Assembly (NCBI GenBank): GCA_051382295.1
Contig: JBBCAW010000021.1
Span: forward strand, 83,085-147,084
Length of the DNA stretch: 64,000 nt
Direction: 5' to 3'
From: Bdellovibrionota bacterium FG-1
Lineage (GTDB): Bacteria > Bdellovibrionota > UBA1018
A model generated the notes under the pieces. The model was not told the origin of the DNA. It ran no database searches and saw only the letters and a program-made list of their open reading frames with translations. Position 1 is the stretch's first letter, and the number at the start of each line of letters is the position of its first letter. This document shows, piece by piece, positions 1-8,793 of this stretch. Made by a program: the position numbers and the translations under genes.

Positions 1-52
1 TGGGCGGGACCTGGCAGGCATTATTTTTCCATTTCCTTAAGAAAGGAATCGC

Positions 53-916
53 ATGAGACCGCTTCCGTGGGATTGTGTTTGGGCCCCGGTGTTTCCTGAT
101 CAAGAGCCAGAAGAGGTCGAACTTTTTGTGCGAAACAGCGTCAGTCTGGCGGGATGGTTGGGTGCGCAGATTTATTGGCTTGTATCAGAGTCTCAGAAGA
201 ATGACTTTCAAAGGTGGGCCGAATTTGCTTCTTCAAAAGTGCGGTGTTCTATCATCCCTCTGTCGGGGCAATTTATGCAAGGGGTTCTCAAACTTGTTTC
301 ACAATCAGCAGACTCAGAAAGAGGGCTCCTGCTTCTGAGCGCTAAAAGTCCGAGTCTGTTTGAGCTATTAGAGCAATGTTCATTGCCGGTATGGATTGTG
401 CCGGCGGGTCTAAGAATGAAGCCTGATCCTATTCATGCCATCTGGGTACCCATGAGTGGGGAAAAGCGGGATAGCGAGGCTCTTGATTTCGGAATCCGCC
501 TGGCGAATCAGCATGGCCTTCCCGTGGATATCCTTCACGTCACGAGTTCCCAACCTAAGAACGAGTGTGATGAGTCCGTTCTAGGCCATATTCGTGACCA
601 ATTTCATCATGAGTACCCCCGCTTAGTGGAGGAGCTGGTGGTCGAAGGAAGTCCCCTGTCTACCCCGCGTGAAAGACAGGTGATTCGAGAATTTTGCCAT
701 TCTTATGGAGACGTTATTGAAGAGATCAAATGGAGGGTGAGGCAAAATAACGAAAGCTTATTGCTTTTTGAGTGGAAGGGAGTTCTAAAAAAGGGTCGGG
801 CTGAAAAAATAAAACTTTTACTGCGCCATGCGAGAGGGCCGGTTTTGCTGATTCGAGAGCGCACCCGAGCGCGGAGTCGGCTGAAAATCGGCCGTCATTT
901 TGGGGCTACGGGCTGA
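53..916 (+). CDS. Universal stress protein-like (tandem USP-type domains)
   Basis: IWVPMSG...SEALDFGIRLA...DILHV and C-terminal LLRHARGPVLLIR match the USP fold pattern; AAGGA upstream of ATG. Confidence 0.65.
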   Translation: MRPLPWDCVWAPVFPDQEPEEVELFVRNSVSLAGWLGAQIYWLVSESQKNDFQRWAEFASSKVRCSIIPLSGQFMQGVLKLVSQSADSERGLLLLSAKSPSLFELLEQCSLPVWIVPAGLRMKPDPIHAIWVPMSGEKRDSEALDFGIRLANQHGLPVDILHVTSSQPKNECDESVLGHIRDQFHHEYPRLVEELVVEGSPLSTPRERQVIREFCHSYGDVIEEIKWRVRQNNESLLLFEWKGVLKKGRAEKIKLLLRHARGPVLLIRERTRARSRLKIGRHFGATG

Positions 917-1843
917 GGGTTGGCCATGTTGAAGTAAAAGCTTCATGACTTCTAGGTCTTGATCAATACGATCTCTGGGGTCAAAGCCTAAGAGACGGGC
1001 GACCAGGTATCCCAGCGCTCCAGCGGGCGGCGCATAAGAAAGCTCGATATGGAGCCGGGTGCCCCCCGTTTCAATTGATTCAAATTGAACGCTTCCTTCG
1101 GTTGCGATCAAAGAACCAGGGATACTTTTCCAGGCGATCCTTTGGTTGGGTATCAGGTCAAAAACACTCGTTTCCCAGTGGACTTGCGCCCCACCGGGCG
1201 CTTTGGCCGCCCACCTTAATACGCCAGAATCATTGATTTGGACGTCTCGAATAAAGGACATAAAGCGCGGATAGTTTTTGAATTGGCTCCAGAAGCTGTA
1301 GGCTTCCTCCACGTTCGTTGAGACTGAAAGAGTTCTTTTCATCTGAATGACTGGAAGAATCAAGCTTCCGATGACCTGAGTGATGTCTCGATTGGTCATT
1401 GCGCGAGAAAGCAGGAGGCCGCCGATCCCTAGGGAAAGCAAACTCCCTAAGCCGGCCTTCTTTTCCTTCGTTCGGAAGCCTTGGATCATAATCATGACCC
1501 CCGACAGCCCTGCTAAAGCACGAAGCCAGGGGGCCCAACGACCGGCAATAAACCCGGGTTGGTAGCCGAAGCGGTTTTCTGGCAGATGTCCTGATGACGG
1601 TTTGTCAGAAGAGGAGTTCATGACTTCCAAATGATGGATGACGGGCGTGACCCCTACAAGCTTCTTAGCTATTTCTAGGATCGAGTGAACCTCATCGTCA
1701 AAAACTGAGCCCGCTAAAAAAACCTGGCCATCGTAAACGCTCGCTTCGATGAGTCCGGGGTGAGTCAAAATCTGATCGAGTTTGGCACGTAATTCCGCAG
1801 TTTTCTGTGAATCAGTGGAAGGAGGAGGAGTGGGCCGTGACAT
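818..1843 (-). CDS. BON domain + SRPBCC (START-like) family protein
   Basis: N-terminal BON-like (IEASVYDGQVFLAGSV...GVTPVIHHLEV), two hydrophobic segments, then YSFWSQFKNYPRFM...IAWKS...LSYAPPAG. Confidence 0.8.
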   Translation of the reverse strand: MSRPTPPPSTDSQKTAELRAKLDQILTHPGLIEASVYDGQVFLAGSVFDDEVHSILEIAKKLVGVTPVIHHLEVMNSSSDKPSSGHLPENRFGYQPGFIAGRWAPWLRALAGLSGVMIMIQGFRTKEKKAGLGSLLSLGIGGLLLSRAMTNRDITQVIGSLILPVIQMKRTLSVSTNVEEAYSFWSQFKNYPRFMSFIRDVQINDSGVLRWAAKAPGGAQVHWETSVFDLIPNQRIAWKSIPGSLIATEGSVQFESIETGGTRLHIELSYAPPAGALGYLVARLLGFDPRDRIDQDLEVMKLLLQHGQPSARSPKMTADFQPTPRSGALSNQQNRPSRMAQ

Positions 1844-1855
1844 GAGTACATGGGA

Positions 1856-1871
1856 AGCAAGGAAGGTGCCT
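1856..1871 (-). promoter_or_regulatory. Putative sigma54 (-24/-12) promoter of the BON-SRPBCC gene
   Basis: Minus strand AGGCACCTTCCTTGCT: GG-N10-GC, close to TGGCAC-N5-TTGCW, 12 nt before ATG. Confidence 0.6.
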
Positions 1872-1893
1872 ATGCGACATCTTTAGCAGTCGA

Positions 1894-2199
1894 CTAAGTG
1901 CCTTTTCGAGGGTTTCGTTTCGCCTTAATTCTGGCTGCGGCTGCAGCCCCTCGCTCTTCGAGCGGGAGGCTGTCATCCTCTGAGCCAATCACTTTTCGTT
2001 TGAGGGCGACATTTTTTGATCGCCCTTCTGCCAATAGATCTTCGATTGCCCGAACCTCGTCCTCAAGTTCCCACTTAGCCAAGGTCATAATGGCCAAATC
2101 TTCATGGGATTCTGGCGCTTTCATGCTTTCGTGGACCTTGATCTTGTGGCGCAAACCCAAGGATCGTTGAAGGAGTTCAAGCTTTCGCAGTTTATCCAT
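1894..2199 (-). CDS. Hypothetical protein (101 aa) directly downstream of acnA
   Basis: ATG at 2199, 1 nt after the acnA stop; charged helical protein. Confidence 0.6.
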   Translation of the reverse strand: MDKLRKLELLQRSLGLRHKIKVHESMKAPESHEDLAIMTLAKWELEDEVRAIEDLLAEGRSKNVALKRKVIGSEDDSLPLEERGAAAAARIKAKRNPRKGT

Positions 2200-2200
2200 T

Positions 2201-4903
2201 TTATTTTCCCAACTGTTGGCGAAGAACGTAAGGGAGAATTCCCCCATGACGGAAATACTCAACTTCGTTCGGGGTGTCGATGCGCGAACGGGTCGTAAAT
2301 TCGTGGGTTTTTCCAGAGCTGTCCGTCGCTTTGACTTTTACATCCGCACCGGGAGTCACCTGGCCCAATCCCAAGATTTCATAAGTTTCTTCGCCGGTCA
2401 GGCCGAGTGTTTTAGCGCTTTCGCCGTCTTTGAATTGAAGAGGAAGAATACCCATTCCGACGAGGTTTGAGCGATGAATTCGTTCAAAACTTTCGGCAAT
2501 GACGGCTCGAATGCCTTGGAGCTTAGGACCTTTTGCCGCCCAATCGCGGGATGATCCTGTACCGTATTCTTTGCCCGCAATGACAATGGTGGGGATTTTA
2601 TCAGCCATATATTGCATGGCTGCATCGAAAATGGACATCTGCTTACCTTCGGGCAAGTGACGAGTCACGCCACCCTCAACCCCCGGAACAAGGAGGTTTT
2701 TGAGGCGCACATTGGCAAAGGTTCCTCGCACCATGACTTCGTGGTTTCCCCGGCGAGCGCCATAGGAGTTAAAGTCTTTGGGGGCAACACCTTTGGCGAC
2801 CAAGTATTGGCCAGCGGGGCTCTCCTTTTTGAACGAACCTGCCGGAGAGATGTGATCGGTCGTTACTGAGTCACCTAATAAAGCCAGGACGCGGGCTGCA
2901 TGAATGTCGGTGACGGGTACCGGAGTGGCGGTGATTCCGTCAAAGAAAGGCGGCTGTTTGATGTAGGTGGATGAAGTGTCCCACTTGTAAAGGTCGCCTG
3001 TAGGAACCTGAATGTCTTGCCATTGCTGCTCACCGCGGAAAACATCGGCGTAGCTCTTGGCAAACTGTTGGGAGGTCACGAACCGACCTACATAGTCAGC
3101 CACTTGCTCGTTAGTTGGCCAAATGTCCTTGAGGTATACGGCTGTTCCATTGACGTCTTTACCGAGCGGCTCATGGGTGAGATCAATTCGCATGGTACCT
3201 GCGATGGCGTAAGCCACGACCAAGGGGGGTGAGGCCAAGTAATTGGAGCGAACGTTCGGATGGATTCGTCCTTCAAAATTCCGGTTACCAGAAAGGACGG
3301 CCGCTACGGCGAGGTCGCCCTTAACCACCGCATCCTGAATGTGATCGGGCAGAGGGCCTGCGTTTCCGATACAAGTGGTGCAGCCGTAGCCCACGACATG
3401 AAACTTGAGGGCTTCCAAAGAGCTTAAAAGGCCGGCCTCTTTGAGGTAGTCTGTCACCACTTTAGATCCCGGAGCCAAGGAACTCTTCACCCAAGGCTTG
3501 ATGTTGAGTCCCTTTGAAACTGCATTTTTGGCTAAAAGTCCTGCAGCAATTAAGACACTCGGGTTGGAGGTATTGGTGCAGCTTGTGATTGCGGTGATGA
3601 CTACGGCACCCTGTTCGAGACAATAGTTTTGCCCCGAAGGAGCTTTGACTTCAACTGAAGTCATCTTTTGTTTTTCAAACTCTGCCCCTTGAAGTTGAGG
3701 ATAATAAGAGGGCAATGCTTTCTCGAAAGATTCGCGGGCTTGAGCGAGAGCGACCCTGTCTTGCGGGCGAGCGGGACCTGCTAAGGCAGGCTCTACCTTC
3801 CCCAAATCCAGTTCAAGGGTGTCCGTGTAGGTAGGGTCGGCTTGTGAGCCATCGTACCAGAGTCCTTGCTCTTTAAAATAGGCTTCGACGACGGCCACGC
3901 GGTCGCCGCGTCCGGTGAGTTTCATATAGTCCATCGTCTTAGTGTCTACCGGGAAAATGCCGCAGGTTGCGCCGTATTCGGGAGCCATATTGGCAATCGT
4001 GGCGCGGTCTGCAAGGGTGAGACTGGCTAGGCCTGGTCCATAAAACTCGACAAACTTGCCGACCACGCCTTTTTTGCGAAGCATTTGAGTGACCATGAGC
4101 ACGAGGTCGGTTGCGGTGGTGCCAGCGGCCGGTTTGCCGATGAGCTTGAATCCGACGACTTGTGGAATGAGCATCGTGCAAGGCTGGCCTAGAAGTGCGG
4201 CTTCGGCTTCGATTCCGCCGACTCCCCAGCCCAGGCATCCCAGGCCGTTGATCATGGTGGTATGAGAGTCCGTGCCCACCATGGTGTCGGGGTAAAGCCA
4301 GTTTTCGCCGCCAATCTGGCGCTCCATCGCAACGTGCGAAAGAAATTCGAGATTCACTTGGTGCACGATGCCGGTGTCCGGAGGAACTACGCGAAAATTT
4401 TTGAAGGCGGTTTGGCCCCAGCGCAAAAATTCGTAACGCTCTTTATTGCGTTCAAATTCAAGGTCGGCGTTGTCCTTCAATGCCGAAGAACTTCCGAAAT
4501 GATCGACCTGGACAGAGTGGTCGATCACAAGATCGGCCGGCTGAAGAGGATTAATCCGGTCGGGGTTGCCGCCCAGACGCTGAACAGCGGCGCGCATAGC
4601 CGCAAGGTCCGCGACACAGGGTACGCCGGTAAAATCTTGCATCAAAACCCGCGCCGGCATGAATTGAATTTCAGTGTCAGGTTCGGCTTTGGCCTTCCAG
4701 TTCGCGAGCGCTTCGATGTCCTTCTTTTTAACGGCGACGTTGTCTTCTTGCCGGAGGAGGTTTTCGAGTAAAATTTTCAGCGAGAAGGGGAGCTTACCGA
4801 GGGGAATCTGTTTTCCAAACTCCTTGAGTGAGTGGAAGCGGTAGGCTTTTCCGGCTACGTTTAAAGTTGAAAGTGTTTTGAAGCTGTTGATATTGTGCGT
4901 CAT
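2201..4903 (-). CDS. acnA: Aconitate hydratase A
   Basis: RVLMQDFTGVP, DLVIDHSVQVD, GTDSHTTM, AITSCTNTSNP, GYGCTTCIGN, SGNRNFEGR, GTGSSRDWAAKG; start moved to ATG 4903 after GGGGAG. Confidence 0.98.
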   Translation of the reverse strand: MTHNINSFKTLSTLNVAGKAYRFHSLKEFGKQIPLGKLPFSLKILLENLLRQEDNVAVKKKDIEALANWKAKAEPDTEIQFMPARVLMQDFTGVPCVADLAAMRAAVQRLGGNPDRINPLQPADLVIDHSVQVDHFGSSSALKDNADLEFERNKERYEFLRWGQTAFKNFRVVPPDTGIVHQVNLEFLSHVAMERQIGGENWLYPDTMVGTDSHTTMINGLGCLGWGVGGIEAEAALLGQPCTMLIPQVVGFKLIGKPAAGTTATDLVLMVTQMLRKKGVVGKFVEFYGPGLASLTLADRATIANMAPEYGATCGIFPVDTKTMDYMKLTGRGDRVAVVEAYFKEQGLWYDGSQADPTYTDTLELDLGKVEPALAGPARPQDRVALAQARESFEKALPSYYPQLQGAEFEKQKMTSVEVKAPSGQNYCLEQGAVVITAITSCTNTSNPSVLIAAGLLAKNAVSKGLNIKPWVKSSLAPGSKVVTDYLKEAGLLSSLEALKFHVVGYGCTTCIGNAGPLPDHIQDAVVKGDLAVAAVLSGNRNFEGRIHPNVRSNYLASPPLVVAYAIAGTMRIDLTHEPLGKDVNGTAVYLKDIWPTNEQVADYVGRFVTSQQFAKSYADVFRGEQQWQDIQVPTGDLYKWDTSSTYIKQPPFFDGITATPVPVTDIHAARVLALLGDSVTTDHISPAGSFKKESPAGQYLVAKGVAPKDFNSYGARRGNHEVMVRGTFANVRLKNLLVPGVEGGVTRHLPEGKQMSIFDAAMQYMADKIPTIVIAGKEYGTGSSRDWAAKGPKLQGIRAVIAESFERIHRSNLVGMGILPLQFKDGESAKTLGLTGEETYEILGLGQVTPGADVKVKATDSSGKTHEFTTRSRIDTPNEVEYFRHGGILPYVLRQQLGK

Positions 4904-4960
4904 ATAGTGAGAGTCTCCCCACTCACTCTTTCGCACAAAAGATGAGCAGACGTCCAGTCA

Positions 4961-5129
4961 GGAATTCCCGGCGAGGATGTCGGGGTCGGCCTTCCCCCTT
5001 TGCAGCACTTCCTGTGCTGCAAGTGCCCTTTTGGGCACTCGGGCTTCTCGAACAATCCTGTTCTCGAAGGGCCTCCGCGCGAAAAGCGCTTCCTGCGCGC
5101 GCGGATCCCCTCATCTCGCCGGGAATTCC
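4961..5129 (-). ncRNA. Structured multi-branch RNA (leader or sRNA) with three AGGA hairpin loops
   Basis: 15-bp perfect closing stem 4961-4975/5115-5129 enclosing four hairpins; three minus-strand loops read AGGAA, AGGAUU, AGGAA. Confidence 0.6.
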
Positions 5130-5253
5130 CTATGTGGGTCCGGAACAAAAAAGCCACAAAGTTAGAAGCCGATGCCGGCGCCGCCGCTGAGCGTAAATTA
5201 GGTATCACGAAGGCGACCGTTGGCGAGCGGCCCGAAGTCCTACCCCGATTCTG

Positions 5254-6279
5254 TTACTTCGATTCTGAGTGTTCTAGCGCTGCAATGTCATGCTGAAATA
5301 CTTTTGTTCGAATGAGTTCTTTGAGTTCATTGAAATTAAAAAGACCCTTGTTACATAGGTACCCGTAACGATCAGCAACATCGACGAAGTGCACGAGTTG
5401 AGCATAGGTTAGGCCCGGCACGTAATTTTTCACCTTATTATAGAGATGGAAAATAGTTTGACCGCCACCATGATGACTTTCATAAATCATACCGGCCATT
5501 TCCTTGGCTTCAGCTAGCTTTATTTCGTAGGTCGCCTTTTCTACCGCCGGCCAAACTCCTAGAGTCAGCAAACCCTTGAAAAAAGTAGCGCTCACACTGC
5601 CCTCGTTGCCGTAGTTTTCAAGCTCGCGGTCGTGGTTCCATCTCCAGTTAATCATGCGCACGCTGAGTGTATAGGAGTCGATACAGCCTGAATAGTCCTG
5701 TGTGTTGGAGGGTTTCTTGACTGAAAGTCTCAGTACAGTTTCAGGCACGAGATAATCGGAAATCTGGTCCGAAATCCCGTAATCCGAAGAGGCACCACGA
5801 TTGTGTTCGACTGCAGCGAGTCCGGCGTATTCGTGATGAATGAGTCGATATTGTTTCGGCGCAGCCGTCGCGGCGAACCGCTCGGTGTTGCAAAGGATGT
5901 GGGGCAGACTATCTTTGACAGAAATGAAGCCTCGGCAGGTTTTGAATTGTCCATTCACACTTACCTTGAGTTCCTCATCTTGGGTGGCGGCTTCTTCTGC
6001 CAGCGTGACTGTCCCAATTACAACAGCATGGCGAGGAAGGACTTTTCCCATTCCGCTGGCATAGCTCTCGTAAGTGACCGAGGGAGGAAGGGCTAGGCCA
6101 CGAGCGCCCCCTTCGCTGATCCATTTCAAGAGATCCGCACGGATCTCATCGATCCTCATTTCGGAGGTAGCATCGCCGCCTCCGCCAGCGCCAACGCCGG
6201 CAAATGCCACGGGCAAGTTCAGCAAAGACGTGGCAAGCACTCCAAACATAAAATAGCGGGACACGGTAAGGAATTTCAT
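5254..6279 (-). CDS. Secreted hypothetical protein
   Basis: Signal peptide ending AFA followed by GVGAGGGGD; HHEY motif; ATG at 6279. Confidence 0.7.
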   Translation of the reverse strand: MKFLTVSRYFMFGVLATSLLNLPVAFAGVGAGGGGDATSEMRIDEIRADLLKWISEGGARGLALPPSVTYESYASGMGKVLPRHAVVIGTVTLAEEAATQDEELKVSVNGQFKTCRGFISVKDSLPHILCNTERFAATAAPKQYRLIHHEYAGLAAVEHNRGASSDYGISDQISDYLVPETVLRLSVKKPSNTQDYSGCIDSYTLSVRMINWRWNHDRELENYGNEGSVSATFFKGLLTLGVWPAVEKATYEIKLAEAKEMAGMIYESHHGGGQTIFHLYNKVKNYVPGLTYAQLVHFVDVADRYGYLCNKGLFNFNELKELIRTKVFQHDIAALEHSESK

Positions 6280-6327
6280 AAAACACTTTCTCTTTCTGGG
6301 CTGCACCAGCGGTCTGCACTCTAGTGG

Positions 6328-6348
6328 AGTTGACTTAATAAGTCAACT
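6328..6348. promoter_or_regulatory. Perfect 10-1-10 palindrome, candidate operator
   Basis: AGTTGACTTA-A-TAAGTCAACT in a divergent intergenic region. Confidence 0.5.
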
Positions 6349-6550
6349 ATTATCGTTCTCAGCATCCCCTTTCCGAATTTCCGAGGATGCCGAGAACGGT
6401 CAGCGATTCTCCCCGGTCGTCAGGTGCAGCCCGAAGGGACTGGGGATTCTTGCTGACGAACGGGTTATATAATGCGGTGCGCCTTACGGATAGATCAATT
6501 TTAGCTAATTTGATCTGCTGAATTTAGTTTTTTGTCTAATAGTACCTTAG

Positions 6551-7090
6551 AAGATCCCCGGACGTAAGTCCGGGGGTGTATAAGGCTCCCAGGTCTTCTT
6601 TTCGTGGTAGAAGCTCGGTTCATGAGACTACGGAGACAAGCCCACTGCGTATACCGCACGATGTATCACATTGTATGGATACCGAGATATCGATACGCAG
6701 TGCTAAACAAGGGTGTAGCAGCGTACTTGTTGATAAAGTTGGATGAAGTTAGAAAATATCATCCTGAAATTGAATATATTGAGCGGAATGTCCAGCCCGA
6801 CCACGTTCATATCGTTGTAAGTTTCCCGCCCAAATATAGCATCTCGCGCGTCGTGCAGCTAATGAAGCAAAACACAGGCCGCGAGCTGCGAGCAAAATTT
6901 GAGTTCATACGCAAACGTTATTACGGGCGAGGGGGGATGTGGTCGGCTGGGTATTTCGCGTCGACCGTGGGCTTGGACGAGGAGATGATAAAGCGGTACG
7001 TGAAGTATCAGCAAAAAGAAGACCTGGGACAAGCGGAGCTTGCATTGCCCCCTGGTTCCCGAGTGCCACGGACGTAAGTCCGTGGATATC
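6551..7090 (+). mobile_element. IS200-type element (tnpA only); ends approximate
   Basis: Near-identical subterminal hairpins CCCCGGAC-GTAA-GTCCGGGG (6556-6575) and CCACGGAC-GTAA-GTCCGTGG (7066-7085) flank tnpA; no tnpB. Confidence 0.85.
6622..7077 (+). CDS. tnpA: IS200/IS605 family Y1 HUH transposase
   Basis: YHIVWIPRYR, PDHVH (HUH), WSAGYFASTVG, YVKYQ. Confidence 0.95.
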   Translation: MRLRRQAHCVYRTMYHIVWIPRYRYAVLNKGVAAYLLIKLDEVRKYHPEIEYIERNVQPDHVHIVVSFPPKYSISRVVQLMKQNTGRELRAKFEFIRKRYYGRGGMWSAGYFASTVGLDEEMIKRYVKYQQKEDLGQAELALPPGSRVPRT

Positions 7091-7124
7091 TAATGAGGTT
7101 ATCCCATTTCTCCGAAATGGGAAT

Positions 7125-7877
7125 ATGACTTACGAAAACATGCGATCCCGTATTCAGGTGGTGACTCTCGATAATTTTTATCATTCCTTATATGAACCCA
7201 ACGCCTGCCAGGTTTTCATCGATATGGTCAAGTTGCGCGCGGCGGGTTTTGGTCCTGAATATCCTAAATCCTTTTTACCGTTGGAACGGGGTGATTTTTT
7301 TGCGCGCCATCATGTGATTTATCTGGTGACCGACGGCCAAAGAGAACCCGTTGCTTGTTATAAGCAAATACCCTTGTCGCTTTGTGATTTTTATAAAAAT
7401 GATTTTCCTCTTTCGGTCATGATGAAAATGATCGGGGCGGTTTCTCATCTTCAGGAGGTAGAGCGGTTGATCAATCAAGCCAAGCAGACCACACGTGAGG
7501 TGATTTACGGGGGAAGCTTAACCCTCTCTAAGAATTTTCGATTGAACCATCCTTCGGAAAAAGAGCTGTTTTTCGACTTAATGGCTGCTCTTTTTTGTCT
7601 CGATTATGCCGAGTTTGGAAAGCCTTCATGTATTATTGGCGCTGCGACTCGCTTTAAGATCGATCGGTTTTTTGAAAAGGTAGGGTATGAAAGAATGAAA
7701 AGTTTCGGTCATTTACTAGACCCGGTGCCTGTTATTTCGGCCGCGAATGAACCTGTGGTATTAATGTCTACTGATTGTGTAAGTGAATATGCCAAAAGCT
7801 GTCTCGTTGATAATCAAGACATTCTTGCTTCGCGCGAATGGATCAGAAACAGGGATGAAGAACTCATGGCTGCGTAA
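7125..7877 (+). CDS. GNAT-fold acyltransferase, LuxI / N-acyl amino acid synthase-like
   Basis: VKLRAAGFGPEY...LPLERGDFFARHHVIY and RFFEKVGYE resemble autoinducer synthase/FeeM-type enzymes; ATG 7125 (the ORF-track 5' extension lies in the IS). Confidence 0.55.
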   Translation: MTYENMRSRIQVVTLDNFYHSLYEPNACQVFIDMVKLRAAGFGPEYPKSFLPLERGDFFARHHVIYLVTDGQREPVACYKQIPLSLCDFYKNDFPLSVMMKMIGAVSHLQEVERLINQAKQTTREVIYGGSLTLSKNFRLNHPSEKELFFDLMAALFCLDYAEFGKPSCIIGAATRFKIDRFFEKVGYERMKSFGHLLDPVPVISAANEPVVLMSTDCVSEYAKSCLVDNQDILASREWIRNRDEELMAA

Positions 7878-7881
7878 GAGG

Positions 7882-8793
7882 CTAGTGTGAAACGACGGAC
7901 AAACGAACCCCAGTGTCCCGAACGCGATGGCTGGAGTAATCAAAGACAAAGCGGCACACGGGATCTCCGCGGTGCACACATCGAGTTTCTTGGATGTTGG
8001 CTAGCGGCATGCCGATAAAGCCCGGAAGTCCCGCGAACAATCCAGAGCGGCCGGTGCAAACATGGGGGTTGCCAACCTCGTGTACTCCAAATGCCTCGGA
8101 AATCTCAGGTTTGGTTTTGCTTTCCAGGATGCATTGTTCATGATCCAATTTCATCAGTTGATAGTCGCAGTTTTGCTCAAAGTCCCGAAGCAAAGTCATA
8201 TAGGCCTGCTCGAGTACGCTTTGGGTGGAGCGGAGCTGTGAAAGTTGTTTCCCCATCGGGGTTTCGCGCAGATTGACCACTTGGTGATGCCCTATGGCTT
8301 GAAGGTCATTCTCGCTGAATCCTAGGTTGTTTCGTAGGTAACTATACAGCTCAGTCATAAACCGAATATTGATCGAATCGGTCATCCTGCCCCGCCAAAA
8401 GCTGCCTTTGATCTGAAAGTGCCGATTAATGGTGTGCGTAATATGGGAACCGCGATACTTTTCGGCAAAGCGCATGACATTGATCGCCGAATGTTTGCGA
8501 CTATTGGCCGCAAAAGTGTATTTCGGGTGAATCGAGCAGTCGGGGTTTTTCTGGGCGAAAGCGAGGGTATCGAAGTCGAAAGTGTTCTCGTCAAAATCTG
8601 AAAGATTCATATCGAGTTGTTCCGACAGGCGGTACAAACTCAAGAGCGTGAGCGTACTTCTTCTGGATAGGATGAATTGGTATTTTTTTTGAGAAATTTT
8701 AAGATATTTGCTGGCCCAGACGTCTTTTGTGACGCCAAGCGCGGCTCTCGCGGTTTCGAGAGTGTTCACCAGTCGCTTGTCGGTCTCAAACAT
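7882..8793 (-). CDS. HTH + V4R domain regulator
   Basis: Degenerate XRE-like N-terminus; C-terminal VC..RSGLFAG...IQETRCVHRGDPVCRF is the V4R signature; ATG overlaps upstream TAA (TAATG). Confidence 0.75.
   Translation of the reverse strand: MFETDKRLVNTLETARAALGVTKDVWASKYLKISQKKYQFILSRRSTLTLLSLYRLSEQLDMNLSDFDENTFDFDTLAFAQKNPDCSIHPKYTFAANSRKHSAINVMRFAEKYRGSHITHTINRHFQIKGSFWRGRMTDSINIRFMTELYSYLRNNLGFSENDLQAIGHHQVVNLRETPMGKQLSQLRSTQSVLEQAYMTLLRDFEQNCDYQLMKLDHEQCILESKTKPEISEAFGVHEVGNPHVCTGRSGLFAGLPGFIGMPLANIQETRCVHRGDPVCRFVFDYSSHRVRDTGVRLSVVSH

Noticed and set aside
818..916. 99-bp convergent overlap of the USP and SRPBCC genes
   Set aside because: The overlapping tail is low-information and likely a simple stop-codon loss
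4900..5296. Several short ORFs upstream of acnA
   Set aside because: GC-rich hairpin sequence lacks stops; no RBS or protein features; better explained as RNA structure
6939..7124. N-terminal extension of the 312-aa ORF, suggesting a tnpB or transposase fusion
   Set aside because: It lies in an alternative frame of tnpA; the downstream protein has no RuvC or zinc-finger TnpB motifs
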